Shown here: in pieces, positions 23,088 through 33,266 of the stretch
How positions within the stretch are numbered: the stretch's first letter is position 1
How the letters are laid out: every line of letters starts with the position of its first letter
NCBI GenBank assembly: GCA_943788985.1
Contig: CALSSJ010000013.1
Coordinates: 1-64,000, forward strand
Direction: 5' to 3'
DNA length: 64,000 nt
From: an uncultured Lentisphaerales bacterium
GTDB taxonomy: Bacteria > Verrucomicrobiota > Lentisphaeria > JABSQK01 > UBA12247
Notes under the pieces: model-generated
Seen by the model: only the letters and a program-made list of their open reading frames with translations
What the model was told of the DNA's origin: nothing
Databases searched by the model: none
Translations under genes and position numbers: made by a program

Positions 23088-26057
23088 TCAGAATTCGCGC
23101 AGGCGGCGAACGAGTAGGGCGTTCTCTGCGGGGACAAAGAACTCGGTACGGTCTGCGCCGTTGCCTTGCACGCCGGTATTGACTGCGTCGCCAGCAGCGA
23201 GTGTCCCCAAGAGGCGGGCGTAGCCATCTGGGGAATAGGTGGTTCCGAGATTTAGGCTCCAAGCATCCTCGGTCATATTCAAGATCACGGCACCATTGTC
23301 GAAGTAACGGACAAAACGGTCACCGCCGCCCCGGTATAAGGCGACGTTGCGAATCGTGACCTGGCCTGTCTCTTCGCCCGACTCAAACTTGATCCTGCTG
23401 ATCTGCGCTGCGGCTGGATAACGGAAGGACAGGCTGTACGTCTGGCCGCTGATCGTCACTGACGACAGAGAAGGAAGGTTGGCCTGGAATGTGTTCGCGA
23501 GATTCACAGGAGTGAGCTCGCCGCTCGCTGGCAACACCATGACGTCTTGAGACTGGTCGGCGCCATGGACCCCGTTGTCCAAGTCATCGACCAAGTGCAC
23601 GCGCAAGAGACGCGGAACCTGCGTCACCCAGTCATAGCTTAGGTCATCGTTGTACGTATTGGCGCCCCAGGCCTCAAAGACCACGGTAAACTCCGTGGCG
23701 GACTTCCCACGATTGGATGCTGTGGGGACCACTCGCAGCAGGGCGCCGGATACGTGCGGGTGAAAGATGTTTGCTGAGGTCACGGTGTCCGCTGGCACTG
23801 CGTCCACGGTCAAGGTGAACGTAGAACCGGTTTCACACCCGTCACACGCCGCCGCATAGGTGGCATCCTCGAATTTGGTGTAGGACCACTCGCCGCCATC
23901 CAGCAGATTGTCACTCACATCATAATTTGGCAGCCGGATGGCCTCGGTCAGTGGCGCGCCCAGCCAATCATGATCCTCCAGGTCGCCGCCCTTGTATTCA
24001 TCCCAGTCATAGATGTCAAAGCAGGTCTCGGCCGAATCCTCGCCTTCACCTTCCTCGGCAGCGCGGCCGTCACCAGTTTCGGCGGCGTAGGCGTGTGGCA
24101 TGCCCACCATCAGGCTTGCTGCCAGACCAACGCGGAAGTTTGCGTTCGTGCTGGGGAGGGCGGACTCCGCACACGAGTAATGCAGCGAATCATCTTTGGT
24201 GAAGGCATAACTGTAAGGATTTGCGGAGTTCGCGAATTGTACCCATTGGTCCAGGTGGGTCAGACCAGCGCTGAAACTGCCGTAATTCTCAACCAGTGGG
24301 AAGTTCTCCATCTCCATGCCGTCAGCTGTCCCGTAGGAGCGGTAGCCCCATTCCGGGATGCTGGAGTCTGCCTGGACAATGATCGGGCAGCCAAGTTCGT
24401 CGTAGTGCTCGCGAATCTGGCTCATGAACTTGCTGGCGCCGAGACCAAAGGCATTGATGCCGTCGATAAAGCCGTAGTCGGCGACTAGGTCGTTGTCTGC
24501 GTCGACTGGGAACTCCAGCTTGGTGTAGCGCCAGCGGCCGCCGTCGAAGACGATGCCATCTGGGATCGATTCGCTCAGCGTCTCGAAGCGGTCAATCACG
24601 TAGTCGGCGAAGATGTCGTAGCCAAGGTTGCCAGCGGTATCCTGCGGACTTGCCAGGGAGACATTGACCGTCCAACTGCTGTCCAGATTGGCCCAAGTGA
24701 GCATATGCGGCTGCAGCAAAATTGCGGTATCCTCGTCAGGGGTCCAAGCCACAGCGCTGGTGGAATACCGGGAGCGTTTGATCTCGACGTGAGTGCTGTC
24801 AATGACGCTAAGAATCTTGATCTCTTCATGTGGCTCCCAGATGTGGCTCCAACCGCCGCCGGAGATATCGACCGCGTGAATCATCGCCAGATCATTTTCC
24901 TGGAAGACCGTCGCATCCTCGACCTCGATCGTGACGGTGTCGTCCTGCGTCGCGTCCAGGGCATCCACCACGCGCGTTCCCAGTTCAAACAACCAATGGC
25001 CTGGATACACGCCCGCAGCCTCGGTCTGGCTCGCGCCGATCGTCGCGAACGAATCATGTTGGATTGAAAGCACGTGCGGGAAATTACTCTCGACGTCTAC
25101 GGTCAGGTCGCGATCCTTCTCGCTGAGGGCCTCGTAGTTGCGGAAGCGGGTGTCGTCTCCGGCTACGCCGCCACTAAAGGGACGGAAGGCGATGGCCATG
25201 GGGTAGCGGGCGCTGGCATCGCTGCGCCATGGCCACATGTTCTGCTTTTGGTGGTAGACCCAGTAGCCCAGGAATGGATCCAGCCAGTAGGAACTGGCCA
25301 GGTAGCCGCCACCGAGATCATACCACATTGGCAGCGCAATGGACTGTCGGTCCAGCGCATCGCTGAATGCGCGAGGTTGGTACGGCACCACGCCGCTCAC
25401 ACCGGCGGCTGTCCATTCTGGCCCAATTTTGGCTACGCCCGAGCGATCGCGCCCCTTCACCGTCACGGTGGTGGCAAAGCTGGCAAACACCTGATAACCG
25501 CGCCACGGTAGAATATGCTTAGGAATGGTCCAATGCTTGTTCGCCCAAGTCATCACGCTGATCACGGCATCATGGTCAAACACAGCGTCGGTGCTGGTGT
25601 CCAGCGGCAGCAGAGGCAGCGAGATGAAATTCCAACCTTGGTGCAGGCTCAGATCTACGCTGGTCGCGCCGAACAGAATCTCGATGTCCCACGCTTGCCT
25701 GGCCGGCACCACAAGCACACTCTTGGTGGCCATGTCAATGGTTACCGATTCCTGACCGTTGAGGTCCTGGCCCAACAAACGAAGTCCAGCTGGGACTGCA
25801 AACACGTCCCAGCTGAGGATGATGTCCTGGATCCCGGTTGAGTTGTCGATGCGATAGTGCCAGCTTGCGAGGTCCGCAAGCCCGCGGATATCGACCAGCT
25901 GGCCACTGATGCTCGGTGCACCCGGAGCGGGGGGCGGCATGAGCTGGTCGAACTGAGGGTCGAAGTCATCGGTTCCACTCGCGGCTTGGCCGAGTCGCAG
26001 GCGGCTTACGGGGCCGTTTGTGACGGCCAGGTCTACACTCCAGCCTTCGGTGAACAC
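23088..26057 (-). CDS. Large acidic extracellular-type protein, possible uncharacterised glycoside-hydrolase-like domain; N-terminus disrupted
   Basis: 989-aa ORF, D/E/W/Y-rich, with GWNFISLP, DGIVFDG, GMEMENFP and RYFDNGAVILN motifs; a signal-peptide-like start (MKILLSLAV..) lies upstream at 26361 out of frame. Confidence 0.6.
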   Translation of the reverse strand: MFTEGWSVDLAVTNGPVSRLRLGQAASGTDDFDPQFDQLMPPPAPGAPSISGQLVDIRGLADLASWHYRIDNSTGIQDIILSWDVFAVPAGLRLLGQDLNGQESVTIDMATKSVLVVPARQAWDIEILFGATSVDLSLHQGWNFISLPLLPLDTSTDAVFDHDAVISVMTWANKHWTIPKHILPWRGYQVFASFATTVTVKGRDRSGVAKIGPEWTAAGVSGVVPYQPRAFSDALDRQSIALPMWYDLGGGYLASSYWLDPFLGYWVYHQKQNMWPWRSDASARYPMAIAFRPFSGGVAGDDTRFRNYEALSEKDRDLTVDVESNFPHVLSIQHDSFATIGASQTEAAGVYPGHWLFELGTRVVDALDATQDDTVTIEVEDATVFQENDLAMIHAVDISGGGWSHIWEPHEEIKILSVIDSTHVEIKRSRYSTSAVAWTPDEDTAILLQPHMLTWANLDSSWTVNVSLASPQDTAGNLGYDIFADYVIDRFETLSESIPDGIVFDGGRWRYTKLEFPVDADNDLVADYGFIDGINAFGLGASKFMSQIREHYDELGCPIIVQADSSIPEWGYRSYGTADGMEMENFPLVENYGSFSAGLTHLDQWVQFANSANPYSYAFTKDDSLHYSCAESALPSTNANFRVGLAASLMVGMPHAYAAETGDGRAAEEGEGEDSAETCFDIYDWDEYKGGDLEDHDWLGAPLTEAIRLPNYDVSDNLLDGGEWSYTKFEDATYAAACDGCETGSTFTLTVDAVPADTVTSANIFHPHVSGALLRVVPTASNRGKSATEFTVVFEAWGANTYNDDLSYDWVTQVPRLLRVHLVDDLDNGVHGADQSQDVMVLPASGELTPVNLANTFQANLPSLSSVTISGQTYSLSFRYPAAAQISRIKFESGEETGQVTIRNVALYRGGGDRFVRYFDNGAVILNMTEDAWSLNLGTTYSPDGYARLLGTLAAGDAVNTGVQGNGADRTEFFVPAENALLVRRLREF

Positions 26058-26816
26058 GGTAATGAAGGCAAAAGTATATTTAGCGACATGGGCCAGTGCC
26101 CAATCTTGCGAGATCCGCAGCGAATTTGGGGCAGTTGCCCATTAAATCAACAGACCGTTTCGCTGTGCCCCGGCAGAGGGGCAGTGCACACGTGGCACAG
26201 CGAAGGGAAGGGCGCATCTGTCGTGCCAGTTCCCGATACCTGTAAGGGCTAAATCGCCGTCCTTCGTCAAGGTCCCGAATCTGCTGAGGATATCCGCAGC
26301 AGATGCCGAGGGCCCGTAGCCGAGTGTCAACACGGACGGCCAGACTGAGCAGGATCTTCATCGTCCGTTCTCCTCTTACTGTTGGTTTCCCGTGGACGCC
26401 CAGCTCGCGGGGGAACGTGCCATTTGTCGAAAGTCGCTGCTGCCGTTGCCTCTGCTCCGCGATTGTCCGACGGAAGGCAAAAGCTCCAGCGTGACACTGA
26501 AGATAGCCGAGATCATGGCAGTAGGCAAATTGAGGAATGGATCGATCAGGTTTGATTTTTGATCAGCATGGATCCCGCGGCATGCTCGCGAGTCATGAGA
26601 GAATCTCGGTTTTCATCTGCATCTGCGTGCCCCCTCGCGTGACGGCCATCCCCCCCTGGGCAGTGATGACTGTGCTCAGAAAGCTGGCTGGGCCTCAGAA
26701 CTCACCGCGACGCAGGGAAGCGGTGTGAAGTTGAACGCCTGCACTTTCGGGATTCAATTCTGTTCACTCCCCGCTCAACCCAATCCTAGTCCTTCGCGGG
26801 GGACGAGGTGGATGAT

Positions 26817-26906
26817 TCTCCAACGCCAAAGGCGTTCCGCCATATAGCCCAGGGTTGCCCCAACCCTGGGGCCAGCCGCCAAGACTCTCCAACGCCATCG
26901 GCGTTG
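26817..26906. repeat. REP-like palindrome cluster
   Basis: tctccAACGCCaaaGGCGTT, CCCAGGGTTGccc-CAACCCTGGG and tctcCAACGCCatcGGCGTTG hairpins in 90 bp. Confidence 0.65.
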
Positions 26907-26939
26907 CGTCGGGGCGTAGACGGGGGACCCGACGCGGAG

Positions 26940-27053
26940 CTTTTTCTGGATCAGCTGGTGGTCAAGAGTGCAGAGAAGGACCTGCTTCTCAGTCTGGTAT
27001 ACGCGGACATGGCGATCGAGCCGATGCCCATGCCGCGGATTGCTGGCGCGTGA
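26940..27053 (+). pseudogene. Orphan C-terminal gene tail, probably of a sulfatase
   Basis: ...KDLLLSLVYADMAIEPMPMPRIAGA* overlaps the GH2 start (GTGA); resemblance to sulfatase C-termini is from recall only. Confidence 0.4.
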
Positions 27054-28194
27054 AAGCGTATCCACACTTTCCTACCCGCAAGACACGTGATCTGAAACAG
27101 CTCTGGGACTTTGCCTTTACGGACGCCGTTGGGTAGGATGACTTTGACGTCGAGGCGGTCGTGTACAACGATCGCCTGCCGGTTCCTTCTGCGTTTGACG
27201 CGTTTCCTGCCTATGCGGGAAAACGTGGCCTAGGGATCTATCGCCGTCTGGTTGAGGTAACGGCGCATACGTTGAGCCTGCTGAAGACTGGCGGTGCCGG
27301 AATGTCGTGCAAGGTGTATGTAGACGGTGCGCTGCTGGCCATACATATTGGCACGTACACGCCGTTCGAGGTTGCTGTGCCCGCAAGCGCAGGCGGACGA
27401 CGTGAACTTGTCGTTGTCACCGACAACCGCTACGACTTTGAGCGGTGTCCGTTGCACGAGGACTTCTTCGATTTCTATAACTACGGCGGGATCATTCGCC
27501 AGGTCTGGCTTGAGGAGTTGCCAGCGAACCCTGTCGCGAACGTCCACGTGACAACAGACTGCATCAGCACCGGGACGATCCAGGTGCGGGTGGCATTCCG
27601 TGGCGAACCTGTGCCATTTCGGCATGCGCTTGATGAAGGGGAGATGCTGGATGCACCGGGCCCCGAGTTTACGGCCGTAAAGTTGTGAACCTAACTCTGT
27701 GGAGCCCGGATGCGCCAAACCTGCACCTGCTGACTGTCGACACCGGCGATGACGCGGTGACCGTGCGTTTTGGGCTGCGCGAGGTACCTGCCGAAAACGG
27801 CTAGATACTGCTCAATGGCCACGCCATCAAGTCGCTTGGCTACTGCCGCCACGAAGCGCATCCACAATGTGGACCGGTTCTGCCCGACGCCATGCTAATC
27901 GCCGATCTGCAACTACTGCGTGACCGGGGCTGCAATTTTGTCCGAGGCGCGCATTATCAGCAGGATCCGCGATTTCTGGATCGTTGTGATGAACAGGGCA
28001 TCCTCGTTTTTGCCGAAAGCCTTGCCTGGCAGGCAGACGAGAAGAACCTGCTGGGTATCATCTGTCGTGAGGCGCTTGAGAATGAAGGCGTGGCTTGCGT
28101 AGCGCTGTGGCAGTTTTGCGATTCGCGGACTTATCAGGGCCGCAACGGGCCAGGCCGCCCTCGGACTTCCCAAAAAGGCCTATTCAACGGTTGA
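27050..28194 (+). pseudogene. Glycoside hydrolase family 2 (beta-glucuronidase-like) pseudogene
   Basis: LWDFAF, VPSAFD, YTPFEV, DFYNYGGIIRQV, LWSPDAPNL, GYCRHE, CNFVRGAHYQQD; in-frame stop at 27134, frameshift near 27688, another stop near 27802, and the catalytic mid-barrel is missing. Confidence 0.88.
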
Positions 28195-28242
28195 AAGTGA
28201 CTTTTCCGCCGCCCAACAAACACGCACTGACGGAGGAGCGGC

Positions 28243-28300
28243 ATGCGTCAGCGAAACGTCCTAATCATCCATACCGACCAGTAACGCTTCGACAGCCAAA
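28243..28300 (+). pseudogene. N-terminal stub of a sulfatase
   Basis: SD GGAGGAG then MRQRNVLIIHTDQ*RFDS (TAA at 28282-28284). Confidence 0.65.
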
Positions 28301-28371
28301 CGGGTAGGGGCGTCACCGTTTTCATTTTTCTGCCTCCCATTCTTGCCGGTCCGTTCGGCCCTCACGAACGC

Positions 28372-31300
28372 TTAAAGCTCTTTGAGGCGGACGTTGCGAA
28401 GCCAGCACTCCATGGCCGGACCGGCGTGCAGTTGCATGCCAATCAGGCCCTTGAGCTGCTTATTGGGGTGATTGTCGATAATGTCGACGGCCACCTCGCC
28501 ATTGAGCTTGTGAATCATGTGGTTGCCACGACAGATGATTTCGTAGGTCTGCCATTCGTCGGTCTTAACCGGGGTGACCTCGCAGGTCTTGCCCACAACC
28601 TTAGGCTTGCCGTCGGTACCGACTTCAACTTTTTGCCCACGACGGGCGACAATGCCACGTTTGTCGAGCTGTTCCGCATAGAGCATCGCGACGTACGGTG
28701 GGTTCGGATGAATGTCTGCCTGATAGCCGCGCAGTCGATGGTCGGCCTCGTTCAGCCATTGCGAGCGATACATCATGCCGGAATTGTTGCCGGTGCATTT
28801 GGCCTCGAAAGAAAGGTGGAAGTCGCCGACTTCACCGTCCCAGACAAGAAAGGTGTTGGCCTTGAGCTTATTGCCTATGCTTGTGCCGTAGATGACGCCG
28901 TCCTTGACCGACCAAAGCGCGGGATCGCCCTTCCAGCCCGACAAATCTGTGCCGTTGAACAAGGCCTTGGCGCCTTCCATTTCGGGCTGATAGCTGGCCT
29001 TGGTGAAGTATGCGTGTTCGGGATCTCCGGCGGAGTAGATGTAGGCGATCAGGTCGCTGAGTTCGTCTGGATTGAGCGGATAGACCAGGCCGGGAGGCAT
29101 GGACGAGACAGGGTAGGGCTTCTGAGTCTTGACGTTGGCGAGTTCGACGTCGACGTTGGATTCTGGCGAGAAAGGGTTGGTCATGATGTGTGCCACGCCG
29201 TCTTCTTCCGTGCCGAGACGACCAATGATTTCCGACCCGTCGTTCATCGTGAAGTGGGTGCTGCCGTATTGATCGGAAATGACCTTGGACGGCTCGATGA
29301 TGTTCTCCAGCATGTCACGGAGGGTATAGCGATTGACGGAGCCGGTGAGATCCGGGCCAATGCCCATACCTTGGCCAGCAAAACGATGGCAACTGGCGCA
29401 GGCGGTCGCATGGAACAGGTTCTCGCCGCTCTTGAAGTTACGACCCGCCAGATTGTCCTTGACTGCCGTAACCGCTCCGTCAACGGTCCAGGCGCGTCCC
29501 GGGCCCTTTGCTGGGCTGATGGCACGCGGCTTGGTGAGCGACTTGCTGGAGGCGGTGTCGTATTCGGCACGCTTGGCGACGTCGGTGACGTTGGCCAGCG
29601 CTTCTTTTCGGGCATTCTCGATAAAGATCGCAAAGCTGTTTCCGCCCTGCCAGGTTTTGGCGCGTGGATACCAGGAGAAATAGGAGGCGTGATCGGCGTC
29701 CGTCCAGCCAGTCTTGATCGAGCGTAGCGAGAACGCTAGGGCGAACTGCTGGACGTTCGGGCGAAAGCTCTCCATGCGCTTGGCCGCAGCCGCGTAGCGG
29801 TCATTTCGGGCCAAGACGCTGTCGGCAAGGATCTTCTCTTGCTCGTCGTCAGGCGCAGTCAGGATGAGCTGTACGGTACGGGAAACGGCCTTGGGCGCAT
29901 CGAGGTACAACAACAGCTGGCTGAGCTCGCGATTGACGAAGTTGTCATGGTGCGGGAACAAGCCGTCGAGCTTTGCGAGGACGGCGGCGGCGTCAGGCGC
30001 GCTGGGTTTCCCCAGCCGCGTGAAAGCCAGCTGATAGGCACGCAAGGCGCCGAGCAACAGATCGTTGGCGGCCTTGGTGTAGTCAATCTTGTTCAATGCC
30101 GCTAGGACGGTGGACTGTTGGTCTTTGCTGCCCATGCGGGCCAGCGCCGCGGTGGACTCAATGATGCCCCAGGAGTTCGACTCGGTCGCGACGCGGCTCT
30201 GCCATTGGGCGACCGGTTGCTTTTCGATGGCAACCCGCGCGGCGTAGCGAACAAAGCGGTCCGCATGAGACAGCTGCGGCCAGGCTTTGGCAATGGCTTC
30301 TTCGCCCACGCCGGTTTCGTGCAGCGCTTCCAATTCGCGGCGTAGCTGCAGCTCCGAAGTCGGCGTCGCGGCTTGCGCGGGCGCGGTGGATTCTTTGCCG
30401 ACATAGGAGATGCGATAGAGTGCGGATTGGGAGCGGCGGCCGCCTACCATGAAATACATGTGACCGTCGCCGGGATTTATCACCACATCGGTGAGCGCCA
30501 ACGGCTTGCCAGAAACGAACTCTTCCGTGGTGGCCTTGTAGCTGGCACCGTCCGGTTCCAAATGGACGGCGTACATGGTGCCGTAGGTCCAGTCGTTGAT
30601 GAAGAGCGCCTTCTGGTATTTGGCAGGAAACTTGGCGCCCAGGCCATTGCTAACGCCGGACGGGCTCCCTGGGCCGATGTTGATGGTGGCTGGCAGCGTA
30701 TCGACGTAGTAGTCGGGCCATTTTCCGGTCCCATTGCGCCAGCCCCAGTCGGCACCGGAGACCACATGATTCACGCGAGTAGGGCGATACCAGGGCGCAC
30801 CAATGTCGTATTCCATGTCGGCATCAAAGGTGAACAGCTCTCCGTCGATACTGAAGGCTGCGTCAAACTGATTGCGGAAGCCATGGCAGATCAGCTCTTG
30901 GCTCTTGCCGTCGGGACTGACCTTCAAGATGAAGCCGCCAGGCGCCAGACGCCCGCGGTTGTGGCCACGGCCGTCGGCCATGCGTGGCAACAAATGGTCT
31001 TCCTTCCACGCGTTCGCCAAACGGGATTGAGTGACCGATTCGGGGATGTACGAGGTGTTACCGGCGATCAGATAAATGGACGTCTTGTCGGGGCTCAATA
31101 CGGCGCTGTGCGTACCGTGTTCGCCGCCTGCGTTGATCGGCACTAAGAACTCTTCTTTGTCGTACTGATCATCGCCGTTGGTATCCGTCAAGCGGTGGAG
31201 CCCATGCTGGCCGCCCTCGCCCACCATGATGTACAGGCTACCGAATGCATACAAGGCGCCGTGCCCGCCCTTGGTCTTGACGTTCAGTTTCTCCACCTGA

Positions 31301-31965
31301 ACCACGTCGGTGACACTTACGCGATAGATGGCGCCATGTTGATCCGTGGTAATCAAACGCCCCTTGTCGTCGACGGTCATTCCGACCCAGGAGCCCTCTG
31401 TCGCTTTGGGGACCGTGTACAGCTTTTCGACTTTGAAGCCGGGCAGTGCTTTGGTCGCGATTGTGCTTGGCGACGGTTTACTGACTGGCGCCGGCGCGCC
31501 AGCCTTCCCCCAGACCTTGCCCCACGGGCCACTGCCGTATGCCCCCTTCTCAACGGCTGCCTGCCACTCGCCTTGCGGCGCCCGCGCCTGCCAGCTCTTG
31601 TCCGACACGATTCTCTCTTTTCCCAGCTGCAACTCGAACAGAAGGCCCGCCAGCGAGCCTTCGTTCTCCGCTTGGACCAGGACCTCGTTCTCGCCTTTCT
31701 TGAGAAACTTAGCCACGTTTAGTTTGGCTGGCTGCTCCCAGTCCTTGGACGCGCAGGCCTGTTTGCCGTTGATGGTCATGGTAAAGGCGTTGTCGCAGGT
31801 CGTCATCAACCTGGCCTTCTTCGGAACCGTGGTCAGGGTGAAGGTTTTGCGGAACTCTACTTTCTCCGCCTTCGCCTTACCCTCTTTCCAGATCCAGTTA
31901 GCGGTGTCCGCAACGGCGGCGTTTGTGATGGCGACAAAAAGAAACAATGCGAGTGATTTATTCAT
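28372..31965 (-). CDS. PVC-type heme-binding protein: beta-sandwich, dehydrogenase-like beta-propeller, HEAT repeats, cytochrome c, DUF1080
   Basis: Signal peptide; GFRNQFD, DADMEYDIG; CASCH heme motif then GPDLTG; C-terminal LFNGTDLSGW..NNSGMMYR..GMQLHAG. Confidence 0.88.
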   Translation of the reverse strand: MNKSLALFLFVAITNAAVADTANWIWKEGKAKAEKVEFRKTFTLTTVPKKARLMTTCDNAFTMTINGKQACASKDWEQPAKLNVAKFLKKGENEVLVQAENEGSLAGLLFELQLGKERIVSDKSWQARAPQGEWQAAVEKGAYGSGPWGKVWGKAGAPAPVSKPSPSTIATKALPGFKVEKLYTVPKATEGSWVGMTVDDKGRLITTDQHGAIYRVSVTDVVQVEKLNVKTKGGHGALYAFGSLYIMVGEGGQHGLHRLTDTNGDDQYDKEEFLVPINAGGEHGTHSAVLSPDKTSIYLIAGNTSYIPESVTQSRLANAWKEDHLLPRMADGRGHNRGRLAPGGFILKVSPDGKSQELICHGFRNQFDAAFSIDGELFTFDADMEYDIGAPWYRPTRVNHVVSGADWGWRNGTGKWPDYYVDTLPATINIGPGSPSGVSNGLGAKFPAKYQKALFINDWTYGTMYAVHLEPDGASYKATTEEFVSGKPLALTDVVINPGDGHMYFMVGGRRSQSALYRISYVGKESTAPAQAATPTSELQLRRELEALHETGVGEEAIAKAWPQLSHADRFVRYAARVAIEKQPVAQWQSRVATESNSWGIIESTAALARMGSKDQQSTVLAALNKIDYTKAANDLLLGALRAYQLAFTRLGKPSAPDAAAVLAKLDGLFPHHDNFVNRELSQLLLYLDAPKAVSRTVQLILTAPDDEQEKILADSVLARNDRYAAAAKRMESFRPNVQQFALAFSLRSIKTGWTDADHASYFSWYPRAKTWQGGNSFAIFIENARKEALANVTDVAKRAEYDTASSKSLTKPRAISPAKGPGRAWTVDGAVTAVKDNLAGRNFKSGENLFHATACASCHRFAGQGMGIGPDLTGSVNRYTLRDMLENIIEPSKVISDQYGSTHFTMNDGSEIIGRLGTEEDGVAHIMTNPFSPESNVDVELANVKTQKPYPVSSMPPGLVYPLNPDELSDLIAYIYSAGDPEHAYFTKASYQPEMEGAKALFNGTDLSGWKGDPALWSVKDGVIYGTSIGNKLKANTFLVWDGEVGDFHLSFEAKCTGNNSGMMYRSQWLNEADHRLRGYQADIHPNPPYVAMLYAEQLDKRGIVARRGQKVEVGTDGKPKVVGKTCEVTPVKTDEWQTYEIICRGNHMIHKLNGEVAVDIIDNHPNKQLKGLIGMQLHAGPAMECWLRNVRLKEL

Positions 31966-32127
31966 AATGGTCCCTGATGCGATTCCCGCGGTTACGGTTG
32001 CGCTTGTTTTAGCTTCAAGGGCAGCCGCCTGCGCGCGCCACCCCGTCCTTGATTAATTTCCTCCTACCAAAAGCAAGACCCGCGGCTACCGAGGCTACCG
32101 GGGGCCGTTCTTACAGCAGCAGGAAGA

Positions 32128-32277
32128 TCAGACGTTCATCCAAACGCCCATTTTGTGAGCATCGGCGTTGGCTTCCGGGCCCAATAAACCATCACTCGCT
32201 TCCAAGGCCGATTCCACGAAAGGTCTGACCTTGTCTTTGACCGTATTAAAGCCCACGGCTGTGCTACTGTTCCTCAT
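32128..32277 (-). CDS. Possible 49-aa small protein or gene stub
   Basis: AGGAGG 7 nt upstream of ATG; MRNSSTAVGFNTVKDKVRPFVESALEASDGLLGPEANADAHKMGVWMNV*. Confidence 0.25.
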   Translation of the reverse strand: MRNSSTAVGFNTVKDKVRPFVESALEASDGLLGPEANADAHKMGVWMNV

Positions 32278-32573
32278 GGTTCATCCTCCTGCGGGCCACG
32301 ATGCCGGGCTCTCGCAGATGTGTAGTTTATCCCCCAAGAAAGTCTCGGGGGGATACCCTGAACCCTGTTCAAGGGACTGCAAGAGTCTTCAACTATGCAA
32401 AAACTGCACAAGCCTAACAGCTCGACTGAGAATAAAGCCCTTTTGGAGATCGCGCGAGACGGCGGCATTGTCTGTTCTTGGACAGAAAATAAACCGGACA
32501 TCATCGTTGCTAATTTTTCTGCCCACTATTGGCATTGACGGTCTTGCGTCGCGTTATGTATGTTCCCCGGCCC

Positions 32574-32595
32574 CCTACCGGGCATGCCCGGTAGG
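32574..32595. repeat. Perfect 22-bp palindrome
   Basis: CCTACCGGGCATGCCCGGTAGG, next to the IS4 remnant. Confidence 0.7.
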
Positions 32596-32609
32596 CTTCC
32601 CATCGGCAA

Positions 32610-33012
32610 CAAGTCTCATGGCTGAACAGCCAGACTCCAGCCTTCGGCCAGATTCGTTAGGCGCTTCCAGTCTCGCCACACGGCAGGGGCCCCTGTAGGG
32701 CTGTCGCTTTTTCTTGCCAGGTACCGGCCAAGCTTGGGGCTAGCCATGCGACTGCCGCAGCGATGGTTGGCGGTGTCGTCGACTGCTGGCGATTGCGCGT
32801 GACCTTGATGGAAAGCACCTTCCGCGCTTGCTCGGTAAAGAAGGTTGAGCAGGACATGGATGGCTTGGTGCGAGCGATCAGGGTGACACTCAACAATCGC
32901 GTGCCACGATCCTCACGGAGGCTGGTAACGGGTCAACCTGTCGGCAGTACCTCGTCGGTACGCCTCGACGCGAAAGCCTGACTTGTGTACCTTGAAGTAC
33001 ATCTCGATCCCC
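32610..33012 (-). mobile_element. IS4-family (IS50/Tn5-like) transposase remnant, C-terminal part
   Basis: Across frames: IEMYFKVHKSGFRVE..GTADRL, LIARTKPSMSC, PPTIAAAVAWLA, KLGRYLARKSDSPTG..VWRDWKRLTNLAEGW; multiple frameshifts. Confidence 0.8.
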
Positions 33013-33213
33013 CCCAAGTTGCTTCTGCGTTCAACCCGGGGTTGTATCCCAACCTACGGCGTTGCCCCAAGGTAGGGTGATAATGGGGTTGCCTCGCGGC
33101 TGTACCTTCGGGCTCAGTTCGACCGAGTGCATTAAAGGAGCAGCCCCGAGGAGCCTGTCGGACTTCGACCGGCCTCGTTCCATTTTTCCGCGTAGCTAGG
33201 CGCCTCGCAGGCA

Positions 33214-33247
33214 CAGAAAGCCCGGAGCGCATACGCACTCCGGGCTC
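33214..33247 (-). terminator. Intrinsic terminator after the 33267-33779 gene
   Basis: AGCCCGGAG(tgcgtatgcg)CTCCGGGCT followed by TTCT on the minus strand. Confidence 0.55.
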
Positions 33248-33266
33248 GGAGAGGAAGGGAAGGGGA

